DNA of 64,000 bases from Armatimonadota bacterium (GCA_039679675.1 JBDKUN010000059.1:1-64000); one strand, 5' to 3'; positions 28,648 through 39,122 are shown, numbered from the stretch's first letter. The notes: generated by a model not told the origin, from the letters alone. Program-made: numbers and translations.

Positions 28648-30090
28648 TTGAAACGCTTACTAACTATTCTTGCGGTGCTTATGGTTGCGGCAACGACAGC
28701 TATGGCCTCGCAGACGGCGACGCCTAAGGGTGTTCAATTGACCGTCTATAACGGAAACTTCGCCCTTGTAAAAGACACTCGCGCAATTAAACTCAACCAG
28801 GGGATCAACTCTATCGAAGTTTCGGATGTGGCTTCACAGATCGACCCGACCAGCATACTCATAAAATCACTTACAAGCTCTAGCTCGTTTTCCATTCTGG
28901 AGCAGAATTATCAGTATGATCTCATCAACCCAGAGAACATCCTGAACAAATCAGTCGGGCAGCGAGTAACATTTACTAGCTTCGATGCTAACGGTAAGCC
29001 GTACACCCAGAGCGGCGTGCTCCTTAGCCCCGTGTCGAACGGCGGCGTAGTTATAAGGACTGATGACGGAAATTTAGTTCTTAGCCCACAGGGACAGATC
29101 TCGCTTCTTAAGATGCCGGAAGGACTTCATCCCAAGCCAACTCTGAACTGGCTCCTGACAAGTGATAAAGCAGGTGAACAGCAGGCCGAAATCAGCTATC
29201 TGACGGATGGAATTGGCTGGAAAGCGGATTATGTAGTCCTCGTCAACAAAGATGACTCCGCCTTGGATCTTAGCGGATGGGTGACTCTCAATAACCAGTG
29301 CGGCGCGACATATAACGACGCAAAATTGACTCTGATAGCCGGAGATGTAAGAAGAATACAAGAAAGCAGACGCGATAAAGGAGCAGTGGTCTATGAAGCT
29401 GCCCTTCCTGCGCAATCATCTCAATTTGAGGAAAAAAGCTTCTTCGAATATCACATGTACACGATGGAGCGCCCCACCACTATCCGGGACAACGAAACGA
29501 AGCAGCTTTCACTTCTGAATGCAGCCAATGCAAATGTGACAAAGGAGCTGATATATGATGCACGCGGCGACTGGTTCAGAAACTGGTGGTATCCGGGCCG
29601 CGCGGACGGCGACCCCGGCAGCGGCTATAATACGTCAAACTATCATAAGGTAAACGTAGTCCTTCAGGTGATGAACTCGAAGCAGAATCACATGGGCATG
29701 CCTCTTCCCGCAGGCAAAATCAGGGTCTATAAGCTGGACGACCAGGGAGCGCAGCAATTCATCGGTGAAGACACTATTGACCATACACCGAAGGACGAAA
29801 AGATACGCCTCCACCTTGGAGATGCGTTCGATGTAGTCGGCGATTACAAACGGACCGGCTATCAAAAGATCTCGAAGAATACTGTCGAAGAAAGCTTCGA
29901 AGTGAAGATCAGAAATCACAAAGAGACCCCGGTTGAAGTCAAAGTAGTAGATCATGTGTGGTCAGACTGGAAGGTCTTAAAATCCAGCAGCAACTACACC
30001 AAGAAGGACGCACAGACGATAGAGTTCCCTGTGAAAGTCCCCGCAAACGGCGAAACGACCGTCACATATACAATCAGGACAACCTGGTAG
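28648..30090 (+). CDS. DUF4139 domain secreted protein
   Basis: LTVYNGNFALVKD, LEQNYQYDL, SYLTDGIGWKADY and GMPLPAGKIRVY. AGGAGG before TTG 28648. Confidence 0.88.
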   Translation: MKRLLTILAVLMVAATTAMASQTATPKGVQLTVYNGNFALVKDTRAIKLNQGINSIEVSDVASQIDPTSILIKSLTSSSSFSILEQNYQYDLINPENILNKSVGQRVTFTSFDANGKPYTQSGVLLSPVSNGGVVIRTDDGNLVLSPQGQISLLKMPEGLHPKPTLNWLLTSDKAGEQQAEISYLTDGIGWKADYVVLVNKDDSALDLSGWVTLNNQCGATYNDAKLTLIAGDVRRIQESRRDKGAVVYEAALPAQSSQFEEKSFFEYHMYTMERPTTIRDNETKQLSLLNAANANVTKELIYDARGDWFRNWWYPGRADGDPGSGYNTSNYHKVNVVLQVMNSKQNHMGMPLPAGKIRVYKLDDQGAQQFIGEDTIDHTPKDEKIRLHLGDAFDVVGDYKRTGYQKISKNTVEESFEVKIRNHKETPVEVKVVDHVWSDWKVLKSSSNYTKKDAQTIEFPVKVPANGETTVTYTIRTTW

Positions 30091-30104
30091 TTTTGGCTAT
30101 AAAT

Positions 30105-30148
30105 GAGAGTGTGCTTCGAGCCGGTTATTCGTCCCGAAGCACACTCTC
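30105..30148. terminator. Strong hairpin between convergent genes
   Basis: GAGAGTGTGCTTCG...CGAAGCACACTCTC, 14-bp stem. Confidence 0.65.
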
Positions 30149-30195
30149 AGCACATTACCCCGATAGCTGATAGTCACTCTGAACAGATTTCATAG

Positions 30196-30921
30196 TTATC
30201 CTAAACCTGCCATTCCCGCAGTATGGATTTGGTATGACGTATTTGCTTCAGGCTGCTCCGGTTTATCAATCAAAAGGCTGGAAGATATACCCGTTCCCTT
30301 ATCTGCTTCATATATCCAGTTAGTCTGTCCCAAGTAACCCTGAAAATCGAAACCTTTATCAAAATCCGCATCGTAAAGCGATTTTGCGCTGTATGGAGCC
30401 TTCTCAGATTTGTTCACCGCCTTATAATCACTCACAAACTCATCGACCAAAGCGGTAATGCGGCTGGTCAGGCCCTTAATCTGGCTTGTAGGAGCCATAC
30501 CGATCAAACTTGTCTCCCATGTGCTCGCAAGGCACTTATTATCCGAATCACGGTCTAGAACAACAGCCTGGTAAAGGTCGAGACTGATCGAGTATATATA
30601 TCCGCTTCCTCCCGGAGGCTTTATCGAGTTGATATTTATGTACAAATATGGAAACCCCGGCGTTTTCCGCAATTCAGCCTCTGACAGAACTTTAATATTC
30701 GCTTTCTTAAGCCTTTCTTCTGCCGTATTCTGGATCATATTTACCGTTACTCCATCAGTAATTATGTCCGGCCTTAAATCCTCAACCAATACCATTACCC
30801 CATCGAGCCCACGCAGGCTTCCCCTCTCCGGATCATTGTCGTTCTGCGCTTTTATAGGAACCGCAGCACAAAGCAGTACCAATGCTGCTATCGAAATGTG
30901 CCCGGATATCAGCTTATTCAT
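30196..30921 (-). CDS. Hypothetical exported protein
   Basis: Signal peptide, SLRGLDGVxVLVE...PYLYININ...W domain and GGAGG RBS. Confidence 0.8.
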   Translation of the reverse strand: MNKLISGHISIAALVLLCAAVPIKAQNDNDPERGSLRGLDGVMVLVEDLRPDIITDGVTVNMIQNTAEERLKKANIKVLSEAELRKTPGFPYLYININSIKPPGGSGYIYSISLDLYQAVVLDRDSDNKCLASTWETSLIGMAPTSQIKGLTSRITALVDEFVSDYKAVNKSEKAPYSAKSLYDADFDKGFDFQGYLGQTNWIYEADKGTGISSSLLIDKPEQPEANTSYQIHTAGMAGLG

Positions 30922-31236
30922 CCGTTTCCCCTCCCCGGTGAAATCCGGCTTTCCGGTTCACACCGCAAAAAGCCTTTCATGTTTGTGATACCCGGTGAGG
31001 CACGTAAAGCCACAAGTTGGCATGCACATCCATTTACGGAACTTTGACAATCGTTTACACGTCACATAAAATGTCGAGCTAATACCGGCAATTATCCGTA
31101 ATAACACAGGAACTATAAATAGCCCCGCAACAAGCAGCCTGCTCATCATAATCAGATCCCCTCAGGCACTGCTATACAAGCAAGCTCAGCAGGAAGCTCG
31201 TAATGGATGAGGCAAACACAAGACAGGAGGTCGAAA

Positions 31237-32703
31237 GTGAACAATCGAATATTCGTGCTCTTTCTCGTTCTGGCGACAGCAATTACAGTCATTGCATCTG
31301 CCGCATTCAGTGCTCCAATAAAGATGTCATCCGGGTTCTATTATCCTACCGAACGGACCTGGACAGGTTCAAACGGCGGCAGCACGGGAGATCCGAGGCA
31401 GCCCTGGAACGACGGCAGCCCCGGCGGCCGAATCTATGGATACCTTGATCCGGCGGCTCCGAGTGCGCTGGGTAAAAACCACGTCGGAATGGACATCCGC
31501 ACCCCTTACAGCAGCCCGGTATACGCAATTTGCGCCGGCACTATCCAAAGCTACTACAACACCGGCGATTCGCGCTATTACTGCATTATTGTCAAGCACC
31601 GAATGGCAAACGGATCGTATTTTTATGCCGTCTATGGACACTGCAGAATAAAATCCGGCTACTCCGTCGGCAGGAATATAGCAGCGGGTGAAAACTTCGC
31701 CTATATTAACGAGAGTGTCAACCAACACATCCATTTCGGTATAAAGATGAATAACAACTTCTCTACCGGATGGGGCCACCTTGCACTCGGTGTTGATGCA
31801 AACTCTATCGGCTGGCGTCCGCCAAGGACATGGCTGCTCTCGAACGCGCCTTATGGCAGCAGCGGAGGAGATACTGGCGGCGGTACGGTTAATCCAACTC
31901 CCCCTGCGGACACGACGGCACCGACCATTACTACTACCGGCCCGGATTCGAATAGTATTATCACATGGACTGTTACGGATTCCGGCACTGGTGTTGCCAC
32001 AGTCACCACACAGTGGGATTCCGGCACAATTACCACTGTTGCTGCAAGCGGGAGCGTCCAAGTCCCGTCTGCCGCACAGAAACTCACGATCCGCGCGACG
32101 GATAAAGCCGGAAATACTGCGACCAAGACCATAGGGCCTTTCAATACAAACGCACAGGGCATGGTCGTTACAGTTGCTTCAGGCGTGTTCAAAGACGGGT
32201 TCTATGCCCAAAAACTGGATGGTTCTGAAGGTATTCGCGTCCGGTACGGTTCCAATGGCGGCCCTGATGTAACAGAAGGCAACCTTATCGTTGTCAATAG
32301 TTCCAGCACTGTCACCGCGAACGGCGAGCAGTATCTTTCGAACGCGAATGTCTCTATCACAGGATCAACATCTATCCCTCAACCGATAAAGGTTACCGTT
32401 CCTGATCTTAGAGTCTCAGTCGAAGCTGTGGATGTTGGGTTGCTTGTTACCGTTACTGGCAAAGTGACATATCTGAAATCCGACGGCACCGCGTTCTATG
32501 TAGACGACGGTACCGCAATAAATGATGGCTTCCATACAGGTATAAGAGTGGTATGTGACGGCTTTGCAGATGGAAGTATGATCCCCATGCCTAAACTTGG
32601 CAGTTCTGTCACCGTCACAGGCATTTACTCCAGAGCAACAGTACAAACAAAGATTGTGCCAACTATCAGATTGCGTTACAAAGAAGATATCACGGTCTGG
32701 TAA
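31237..32703 (+). CDS. M23 peptidase with Ig-like domain and C-terminal tandem OB-like repeats
   Basis: HVGMD and HIH zinc motifs, DTTAPTIT and DKAGN Ig-like segment, two FY...GIRV units. AGGAGG before GTG 31237. Confidence 0.88.
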   Translation: MNNRIFVLFLVLATAITVIASAAFSAPIKMSSGFYYPTERTWTGSNGGSTGDPRQPWNDGSPGGRIYGYLDPAAPSALGKNHVGMDIRTPYSSPVYAICAGTIQSYYNTGDSRYYCIIVKHRMANGSYFYAVYGHCRIKSGYSVGRNIAAGENFAYINESVNQHIHFGIKMNNNFSTGWGHLALGVDANSIGWRPPRTWLLSNAPYGSSGGDTGGGTVNPTPPADTTAPTITTTGPDSNSIITWTVTDSGTGVATVTTQWDSGTITTVAASGSVQVPSAAQKLTIRATDKAGNTATKTIGPFNTNAQGMVVTVASGVFKDGFYAQKLDGSEGIRVRYGSNGGPDVTEGNLIVVNSSSTVTANGEQYLSNANVSITGSTSIPQPIKVTVPDLRVSVEAVDVGLLVTVTGKVTYLKSDGTAFYVDDGTAINDGFHTGIRVVCDGFADGSMIPMPKLGSSVTVTGIYSRATVQTKIVPTIRLRYKEDITVW

Positions 32704-32735
32704 TCATCGGAGGCTGGATCATAGATATAATGAGG

Positions 32736-32771
32736 AAATCGGGAGAGCTTTTTACAGGCCCTCCCGATTTC
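32736..32771. terminator. Bidirectional terminator
   Basis: AAATCGGGAG...CTCCCGATTT between convergent genes. Confidence 0.7.
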
Positions 32772-32800
32772 TTATTCTAATGCTTCAGTCTATAACCAGT

Positions 32801-34066
32801 TTATTGGTTCACCGGTGGTAAAGGAGCCACTATGCCGGACCCTCTGAATGCAGGGAATAGCGCTGTGCCCGTATCCGTTCGCAGACTGAGTTTATTGTTC
32901 CCCTCTTCGACATTTGTCGCGACAATCATTGATTTGTTGCCGATATCTACCTTCGAACCATCCACTGACAGCGTATTACCCATTTCCAAGCTTATATTGT
33001 TGCTCGTAAGGAATGACTGAGGCCCAAGAATAACATCATAGAGCTTGCCATTCCCCGCTTCATCCTTGATGTTTGCCACAACAATCGGCATATTGTCTTC
33101 AGCTGTCATCATCGTGTAGATATTCTTGATATTACCGCTCACATGCAACATATTGTTGGGGTCGAACTGGATAAGCGGTACCTGCATACTTGGTCCGGCT
33201 CCGACCGGCGTCATTGGCGTGAAGAGCGACGCGCCCCAGTTTGTTCGCAGGCTTATAGAGTTTCCGCTTTCCGTAACGTTTGTCGCAACTATCATATCCG
33301 TGCCGTTGATATTGACTCTCGATCCATTCACATAGAGTGTATCGCCCTTCTGCAGATTGATACTGTTCTGTGTGAGGAAAGATAGTGGCGCCAGTAAAAC
33401 ATTGTAGTACTTGTCTTTACCGAAATAGCTCTCCTTCTCGATCTTTGCGACCACAATTGGAAGATTATCTTCCGCTGTCTGTATTGTGTAGGTGTCATGC
33501 AGCTTTCCGCTCACTCCGACCATATCGTTCGAATTGAATGGAATTCTGGCGTTCTGGAAGACTACATTACCGCCTCCAGCTCCAACCGGAGGATAAGGAG
33601 CTACAATCACTCCTGTGCCAATGCCAGTGCCTCCTCCCGCACCAACTGGTGGTGATGCAGCTACTATCGTGGAATAGAAAGGTATACCATCGCTTGAGCG
33701 GAAATAGTAAGTTCCGCTGGGGGCCTTGACTGCCTGTGCTACAAGGTAAATGCTGTTGGAAACATTCCTCAGCGACCCTGTAACGGTTATCGAGCTGCCG
33801 GGAACAGGTGTGAAACCTATCGTGTTAAGATACGTTCCCGGGCCGAGAAATACATTGTAGATTCGGTTATTGGAAAATACGATAACCGACTTCGGGCCGA
33901 TTGTCGGGTTGCCCGGATTGTAGTCTACGGTTGTGAGTATTGTTCCGGAAATGGTGGTAACAGACTGCGGGTCATACCTGAGATCGAAATTTGCCTGAGC
34001 CAGTACCATTGCCGGAACAATCAACAAGACAACCAATACCACTGAGATAATAATTTTTGTGTTCAC
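32801..34066 (-). CDS. Exported protein with three tandem OB-fold-like repeats
   Basis: Signal peptide and three units of [YF]xP...SG...VxL[GA]P...GxxxxVxGS...[LI]VA...R...G. Start GTG 34066 inferred from the RBS. Confidence 0.82.
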   Translation of the reverse strand: MNTKIIISVVLVVLLIVPAMVLAQANFDLRYDPQSVTTISGTILTTVDYNPGNPTIGPKSVIVFSNNRIYNVFLGPGTYLNTIGFTPVPGSSITVTGSLRNVSNSIYLVAQAVKAPSGTYYFRSSDGIPFYSTIVAASPPVGAGGGTGIGTGVIVAPYPPVGAGGGNVVFQNARIPFNSNDMVGVSGKLHDTYTIQTAEDNLPIVVAKIEKESYFGKDKYYNVLLAPLSFLTQNSINLQKGDTLYVNGSRVNINGTDMIVATNVTESGNSISLRTNWGASLFTPMTPVGAGPSMQVPLIQFDPNNMLHVSGNIKNIYTMMTAEDNMPIVVANIKDEAGNGKLYDVILGPQSFLTSNNISLEMGNTLSVDGSKVDIGNKSMIVATNVEEGNNKLSLRTDTGTALFPAFRGSGIVAPLPPVNQ

Positions 34067-34263
34067 TGCCTCTTTACTCCTTTTCATAATAAAGCAGTTC
34101 CTGATGGGCACCTTCCCATCAGTCACGTATTACATACCCCATTAGTGGCAGTAGCCAATACGAACACGTTATTTTTATGGTTAACTCATACCATGTATAT
34201 ACAAGCGCATTATATCTGCCTGTTATCATTAACTTTTGGTATTCTCTAGCAATCTGTACAAGC

Positions 34264-34302
34264 AAAAACCCACCTGAACTCATAAAAGCTCAGATGGGTT
34301 TT
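34264..34302 (-). terminator. Terminator after tRNA-Pro
   Basis: AAAACCCA-CTGA...TCAG-TGGGTTTT stem. Confidence 0.6.
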
Positions 34303-34304
34303 CA

Positions 34305-34381
34305 TGGTCGGGGCGGCGGGATTTGAACCCACGGTCTCCTGCACCCCATACAGGCGCGTTACCAAGCTACGCCACACCCCG
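34305..34381 (-). tRNA. tRNA-Pro (GGG) with encoded CCA
   Basis: CGGGGTGTGGCGTAGCTTGGTAACGCGCCTGTATGGGGTGCAGGAGACCGTGGGTTCAAATCCCGCCGCCCCGACCA folds as a cloverleaf with a GGTTCAAATCC T-arm. Confidence 0.97.
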
Positions 34382-34546
34382 GCGTCGATTGTGATTATAC
34401 TTCAACCATGCACCTAAGTCAAGCAATAAATCGCGCGAAAATGTGTCAGCGTTGCAGCGTTGGTTGACTGGCATATTTATTAGGGCTAAAATAAGATTAA
34501 TGTAAGGCAACCGCCTTCCGGCGCTGCAATTAAACAGGAGATTCTC

Positions 34547-36778
34547 ATGGCAACCAAGGAACGACCCTCTACCACTGTGAAGGAGAGCAAGGCAGAACTG
34601 CTCGATTATCTCAGGTCTATTTACGAAATCAGGTTCTTTGAAGACAAAGTCTACAGTCTTCTAAGAGAAGGAACCATCAAAGGCGCATCCCACCTCTATG
34701 CAGGGGAGGAAGCCGCCGCAGTCGGCGCTGTAGCAGCTATCGAAGACCGCGACCTCATAGCCAGCACACACCGAGGCCACGGACACTGCGGAGCAATCGG
34801 AAACAAGCACGCAAAGACCGAAGAAGCCCGCCAGGAACATTGGAACAAGATGATGTCCGAGCTGATGGGCAAATCCACAGGTTATTGCAAAGGACGCGGC
34901 GGCTCAATGCACATCGCTGATGTCCAGAAGGGTAACCTCGGCTCGACAGGTATCGTCGGCGGCAACATACCAGTAGCAACAGGAGCTGCCCTTGCGGAAT
35001 CATTAAAGGGAAGCGGCGCGGTAACACTCTGTTTCTTCGGTGATGGTTCCACTAACACCGGTTCATTCCACGAGGCACTCAATATGGGAAGCACTATATT
35101 CTGCGGACTTCCCGTAGTCTACATCTGCGAAAACAACCTTTATGGCATGTCCGTCCCATTCAACCAAAAAAAGGTCGAATGCGCAGGACAAGCCAGTATG
35201 ATAAGCGATATTTTTGAGCGAGCAGCCGCTTATGGCATGCCCGGAGTTTCGGCTGACGGTATGGATGTGCTTGAAGTCAAAAAGGCGGTATCAAAAGCCG
35301 TCGAACGGGCACGCCGTGGCGATGGCCCCACCCTGGTCGAGCTCAAGACATACAGATGGTATGGTCACTCTTCAAGCGACCAGAGAGTTTATAGGACCCG
35401 CGAAGAAGAGGCCGAATGGAAAAAACGCGACCCGATTATCGTTCTCAGAAACAAACTGAACGATCTCGGAATGGCGACCGAAAAAGAATTGGACGCAGTT
35501 CGCGATAAAGCTGAAGCAACTATCGAGAATGCCACAAAGTTTGCGCTCGACAGCCCATATCCGCATGTGTCCGAACTGCTGGACGATGTCTATGTGCCGG
35601 TCGACAAGGCAAAACTGGAGTCTGATAAGGCCGCTGAAGCAAAGGTCCTGCCGAAGATTCACCAGGTAGAAGATGAAATCCGCAAGATAGCGAAAGAAGC
35701 AGCCGGCGGTGCTCCTAAGGGCGCAGTGCCGAAGTTGAAAGCTGACCAGTCGAAGGCTATGGAAGCAAAGCATGGCATGCGCATCATAACCTTCGGACAA
35801 GCTGTACTTGAAGCCCAGCGCGAAGAGATGCAGCGCGATGAGTCGGTCTTTATCATGGGTGAGGATGTCGGTCTTTATGGCGGTGCATACGCGGCGACTA
35901 GAGGCCTGATGGACGAGTTCGGATCAAAGAGAGTCATAGATACAGCAATTTCTGAAGCAGCTATCGTCGGTGCAGCCGCCGGAGCCGCAATGCGGGGTTC
36001 AAGACCGATAGCCGAGATCATGTACATCGACTTCTTGACCATCTCTTCCGACCAGTTGATCCATAATGCAGGGTACAACAGGTATATGTTCGGAGGAAAA
36101 ACAAAAGTCCCATGCGTAGTCAGGACCGAAGGTGGTGTAGGCCGAAGTATCGCAGCCCACCACTCGGAGAGCCTCGAAGCAATGTTCATGAATGCGCCGG
36201 GACTCTATATCGTGATGCCTTCCACGCCGTATGACGCGAAGGGACTCTTAAAGGCCGCTATCAGAGATGATAACCCAGTCCTCTACATCGAACACAAAGT
36301 GCTTTATTCAGGGACTATGGGCCCGGTACCTGACGGTGATTATATAATCCCCCTCGGCGTAGCAGATATCAAGCGCCCTGGTAAGGATGTGACCGTCGTG
36401 GCATACTCCAGACTCCTCCATTTTGCGATGGATGCCGCTCTGGAACTTGAAAAAGAAGGCTACGATGTCGAAGTCATCGACCCAAGGACGTTGAACCCGC
36501 TCGATATTAAGACAATCGCCGAATCCGTGCGAAAGACCGGAAAACTCGTAACTGTATCCGAAGGTTTTCCGAGATGCGGAGTCGGAGCCGAGATAGTCCG
36601 ACAGCTTATCGAGTATAAGTTCGATGATGGCACTACCGGATTCGACTGGCTGGATGCGCAGCCTGTAATGCTCTCTGGCAAGGACTGCCCGATTCCTATG
36701 AGCCAGCCATTGGAGGATGCGGTCGTTCCGACAAGAGACGACATCGTTTCCACAGTGAAAGCAATGGTCCAAAAGTAG
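34547..36778 (+). CDS. Fused E1 alpha/beta 2-oxoacid (pyruvate/acetoin-type) dehydrogenase
   Basis: Alpha part: STHRGHGH, GRGGSMH, GDG...ENN, TYRWYGHS. Beta part: GEDVG, DTAISE, PSTPYDAKGLL, EVIDPRTL. Confidence 0.93.
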   Translation: MATKERPSTTVKESKAELLDYLRSIYEIRFFEDKVYSLLREGTIKGASHLYAGEEAAAVGAVAAIEDRDLIASTHRGHGHCGAIGNKHAKTEEARQEHWNKMMSELMGKSTGYCKGRGGSMHIADVQKGNLGSTGIVGGNIPVATGAALAESLKGSGAVTLCFFGDGSTNTGSFHEALNMGSTIFCGLPVVYICENNLYGMSVPFNQKKVECAGQASMISDIFERAAAYGMPGVSADGMDVLEVKKAVSKAVERARRGDGPTLVELKTYRWYGHSSSDQRVYRTREEEAEWKKRDPIIVLRNKLNDLGMATEKELDAVRDKAEATIENATKFALDSPYPHVSELLDDVYVPVDKAKLESDKAAEAKVLPKIHQVEDEIRKIAKEAAGGAPKGAVPKLKADQSKAMEAKHGMRIITFGQAVLEAQREEMQRDESVFIMGEDVGLYGGAYAATRGLMDEFGSKRVIDTAISEAAIVGAAAGAAMRGSRPIAEIMYIDFLTISSDQLIHNAGYNRYMFGGKTKVPCVVRTEGGVGRSIAAHHSESLEAMFMNAPGLYIVMPSTPYDAKGLLKAAIRDDNPVLYIEHKVLYSGTMGPVPDGDYIIPLGVADIKRPGKDVTVVAYSRLLHFAMDAALELEKEGYDVEVIDPRTLNPLDIKTIAESVRKTGKLVTVSEGFPRCGVGAEIVRQLIEYKFDDGTTGFDWLDAQPVMLSGKDCPIPMSQPLEDAVVPTRDDIVSTVKAMVQK

Positions 36779-36789
36779 AACGCTTCCTA

Positions 36790-36822
36790 AGGGATGAGGG
36801 ACTGGTGCCCTCATCCCTTTTC
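36790..36822 (+). terminator. Rho-independent terminator
   Basis: AGGGATGAGGG...CCCTCATCCCT followed by TTTT. Confidence 0.8.
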
Positions 36823-36957
36823 ATAACCAACCTCTCCCCCTGCCATCTTTTCCAATCTGCTGTATGTTCAGGTATAATTAACAGCAATAATATAGGTAGT
36901 TATCAGTCCGATAATAGTATAGATACATCAGCTTATTCCGGAGGGAAATATTCTGGT

Positions 36958-37980
36958 ATGACAAGAATATCCTGCATTATTTTCGCTGTTTTGATATGTG
37001 TTTCTGCTGCTTTGGCTGCTGTAGAGCTGCCTTCAACAGAAAATGAAGTCGCAATAGTCCATTTTGACAAACTCAAGGATAAACAGCTTGAAGGGACCGC
37101 CCAAAATATAACGCTGAAGCCGGTTACAGGCTCACCCAATCAGACTTCATACTTTGCGCTGGTCAATGAGCTCTATAACCCTAGAAATGTCACTGTTCGG
37201 ATACTTGGCCTCACTGAACCGGAATATGACCTCTACATGGATGGTAATCTGGCAGGCACAATGAAAAAAGAACAGCTGGAGGAAGGCATACCAGTCGCAT
37301 TTTCCGGCACGGATATTCCACCGGAACTCAGAGACTATTATTCTCGCCTCAAAGCTAAATCTGCCGCCGGCGCCAAGGAGTGTCCCACGTCTGATGAAGA
37401 TACCTCACTCTGTCAAGCGGTTATGCGAGACGTTGCGAGTTGGGTGGACAGTATAGAAAGAGGCGATGTCCTTATTCGTACTACTACAGTCATAGTAGTA
37501 CCTGCCGGAACGCCGCTCTTTCTTCCCGGAGGACGTTATGTGTTTAATAAACCACCGAATTTCCCCAGGTCTGCTAAGCACCTGGGAGAAGCTGTGCAGA
37601 TCATTCGAGGTGAAGTCCAGAAGAAAACAAAGAATGCGGTTTTGCGCTACGACACACTTTCGTATATAACGCCCGTTGATTTCGACATGACCGCATCCAG
37701 CGCTATTTCGCCAGGTACCAAGGTCAAATTGAAGGCAAAATTAACGAATTGGACAGATAGAGGTATCACCGGTAAAATCCGTCTGGATGTTCCGAAGGGT
37801 TGGACAGTAAAGCCGCTCTCGCCGGTCAGTGTCAAGACCACTGGGTATTCCCAATCGGCTGAGGCTTTATTTGAAGTAGTTATTCCCAAAACAGCAAAGC
37901 CCGACGCAAAAATCAACGCAGTCGCTGACCTGTTGATTGGAGACGTCAGGCTTATGCTCAACGCTTCGATAAAGAAATAG
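36958..37980 (+). CDS. Exported protein with C-terminal NEW3-like Ig domain
   Basis: Signal peptide after a GGAGG RBS, PGTKV...LTN...LDVPKGWTV...FEVVIP. Confidence 0.75.
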   Translation: MTRISCIIFAVLICVSAALAAVELPSTENEVAIVHFDKLKDKQLEGTAQNITLKPVTGSPNQTSYFALVNELYNPRNVTVRILGLTEPEYDLYMDGNLAGTMKKEQLEEGIPVAFSGTDIPPELRDYYSRLKAKSAAGAKECPTSDEDTSLCQAVMRDVASWVDSIERGDVLIRTTTVIVVPAGTPLFLPGGRYVFNKPPNFPRSAKHLGEAVQIIRGEVQKKTKNAVLRYDTLSYITPVDFDMTASSAISPGTKVKLKAKLTNWTDRGITGKIRLDVPKGWTVKPLSPVSVKTTGYSQSAEALFEVVIPKTAKPDAKINAVADLLIGDVRLMLNASIKK

Positions 37981-37988
37981 GGTTAAAG

Positions 37989-39122
37989 TTAGACAAAACT
38001 ATATTTCTCTTTACGCGAATCCCAGGGTTCCGGCTCTGGGATTCCGAATGTATCCCTCTTGACCTTCAGGTAGTAGAGATAATTCTCGAATGATACATCC
38101 GGCGGACAGCGGTGATCAACATGAGGGATAAATCCTCCGTCGTCTACTACCGGTTTCAGCCGTGCAATCTCTTTTCTTATCCCCTCTTTACCAGCAATAA
38201 GAGCCGTTTTATCCACTCCGCCGAGCAGCAAGACATTGTGACCGTATTTCTCCCGCAGCTTCACAGAATCGGACCCGCCCCGCATCTCAAGCGGGAACAT
38301 GCAGTTCACACCGGCATCAAGCCAGAGTGAAACCAACTCGTTGATGTTGCCGTCGCAGTCGACATAGATCACATCGCAGCCGTGCTTTTTCAGGAAGCTT
38401 GTGATCCGTTTCAGTCGCGGGACCATCCATTCTTCGAAGTGCTTAGGCTGGAGGATCGGGCCATGGTTGAAGCACATATCTTCCCACATCGCCCCATAAT
38501 CAAGTTTCATCTCCGTTACAGGCCGCTCTATCATAGCCAGGATAAAGTTCGTCAGATGCTCCATAATATCCTGAATAAGACCGGGGTCGTCCATAACCAT
38601 ATAGCAGATGTTTTCGAACCCCATCCAATCGCGGATCCAGCCGAATAGGCTGCCTATCGGTATCCCAACAGCTTTATCTGATCCTTGAGCTTTTGATTTC
38701 CAAGCCTGCCATTCGTTATCCGGTAGATACCGGCTAGCTGTCGATGGATCCAGCCGTTTTTTGAACTCATCCCAGTCCGAATGGGATTCAATGGGGAACT
38801 TGAGAAACTTCGGAATAGATGAGCGCCCTGACTTATTGACTATCTTTGTAGTACCATCGTAATCGAGAATAGTGCGATGCTGGTCATCTTCCTCAAGCAC
38901 CCTGTATTCAAATCCAGGGATTATGCCCAGATTCACCGGCGCATCTAGTCTGGTCTCGAAACCGAAGAAGATATCCGCTTTCCAATCGCAATCTATATAC
39001 TTTGGAAGACCCTGTTCATGCCATACTGTTAATGTCTCGCTCCAGTAGCCGAATTCCTCATCCGGCACATGGTCCACCGGCTGAAAATGCATCGTTGCCA
39101 GCCATCGCTCTCTCTGATTCAT
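37989..39122 (-). CDS. Uroporphyrinogen decarboxylase / MtaA-family protein
   Basis: RERWLATMHFQPVDHVP, RDWMGFE, WEDM, DCDGN, GGVDK and GGFIPHVDH. Confidence 0.88.
   Translation of the reverse strand: MNQRERWLATMHFQPVDHVPDEEFGYWSETLTVWHEQGLPKYIDCDWKADIFFGFETRLDAPVNLGIIPGFEYRVLEEDDQHRTILDYDGTTKIVNKSGRSSIPKFLKFPIESHSDWDEFKKRLDPSTASRYLPDNEWQAWKSKAQGSDKAVGIPIGSLFGWIRDWMGFENICYMVMDDPGLIQDIMEHLTNFILAMIERPVTEMKLDYGAMWEDMCFNHGPILQPKHFEEWMVPRLKRITSFLKKHGCDVIYVDCDGNINELVSLWLDAGVNCMFPLEMRGGSDSVKLREKYGHNVLLLGGVDKTALIAGKEGIRKEIARLKPVVDDGGFIPHVDHRCPPDVSFENYLYYLKVKRDTFGIPEPEPWDSRKEKYSFV

Noticed and set aside
31040..31230. c-di-AMP (ydaO) riboswitch before the M23 gene
   Set aside because: Only a loose GCTAA-like fragment. 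The conserved GCTGAA/GGGGA core and paired regions were not found.
30100..34381. Genomic island integrated at tRNA-Pro
   Set aside because: No integrase and no duplicated tRNA 3' end seen in the window.
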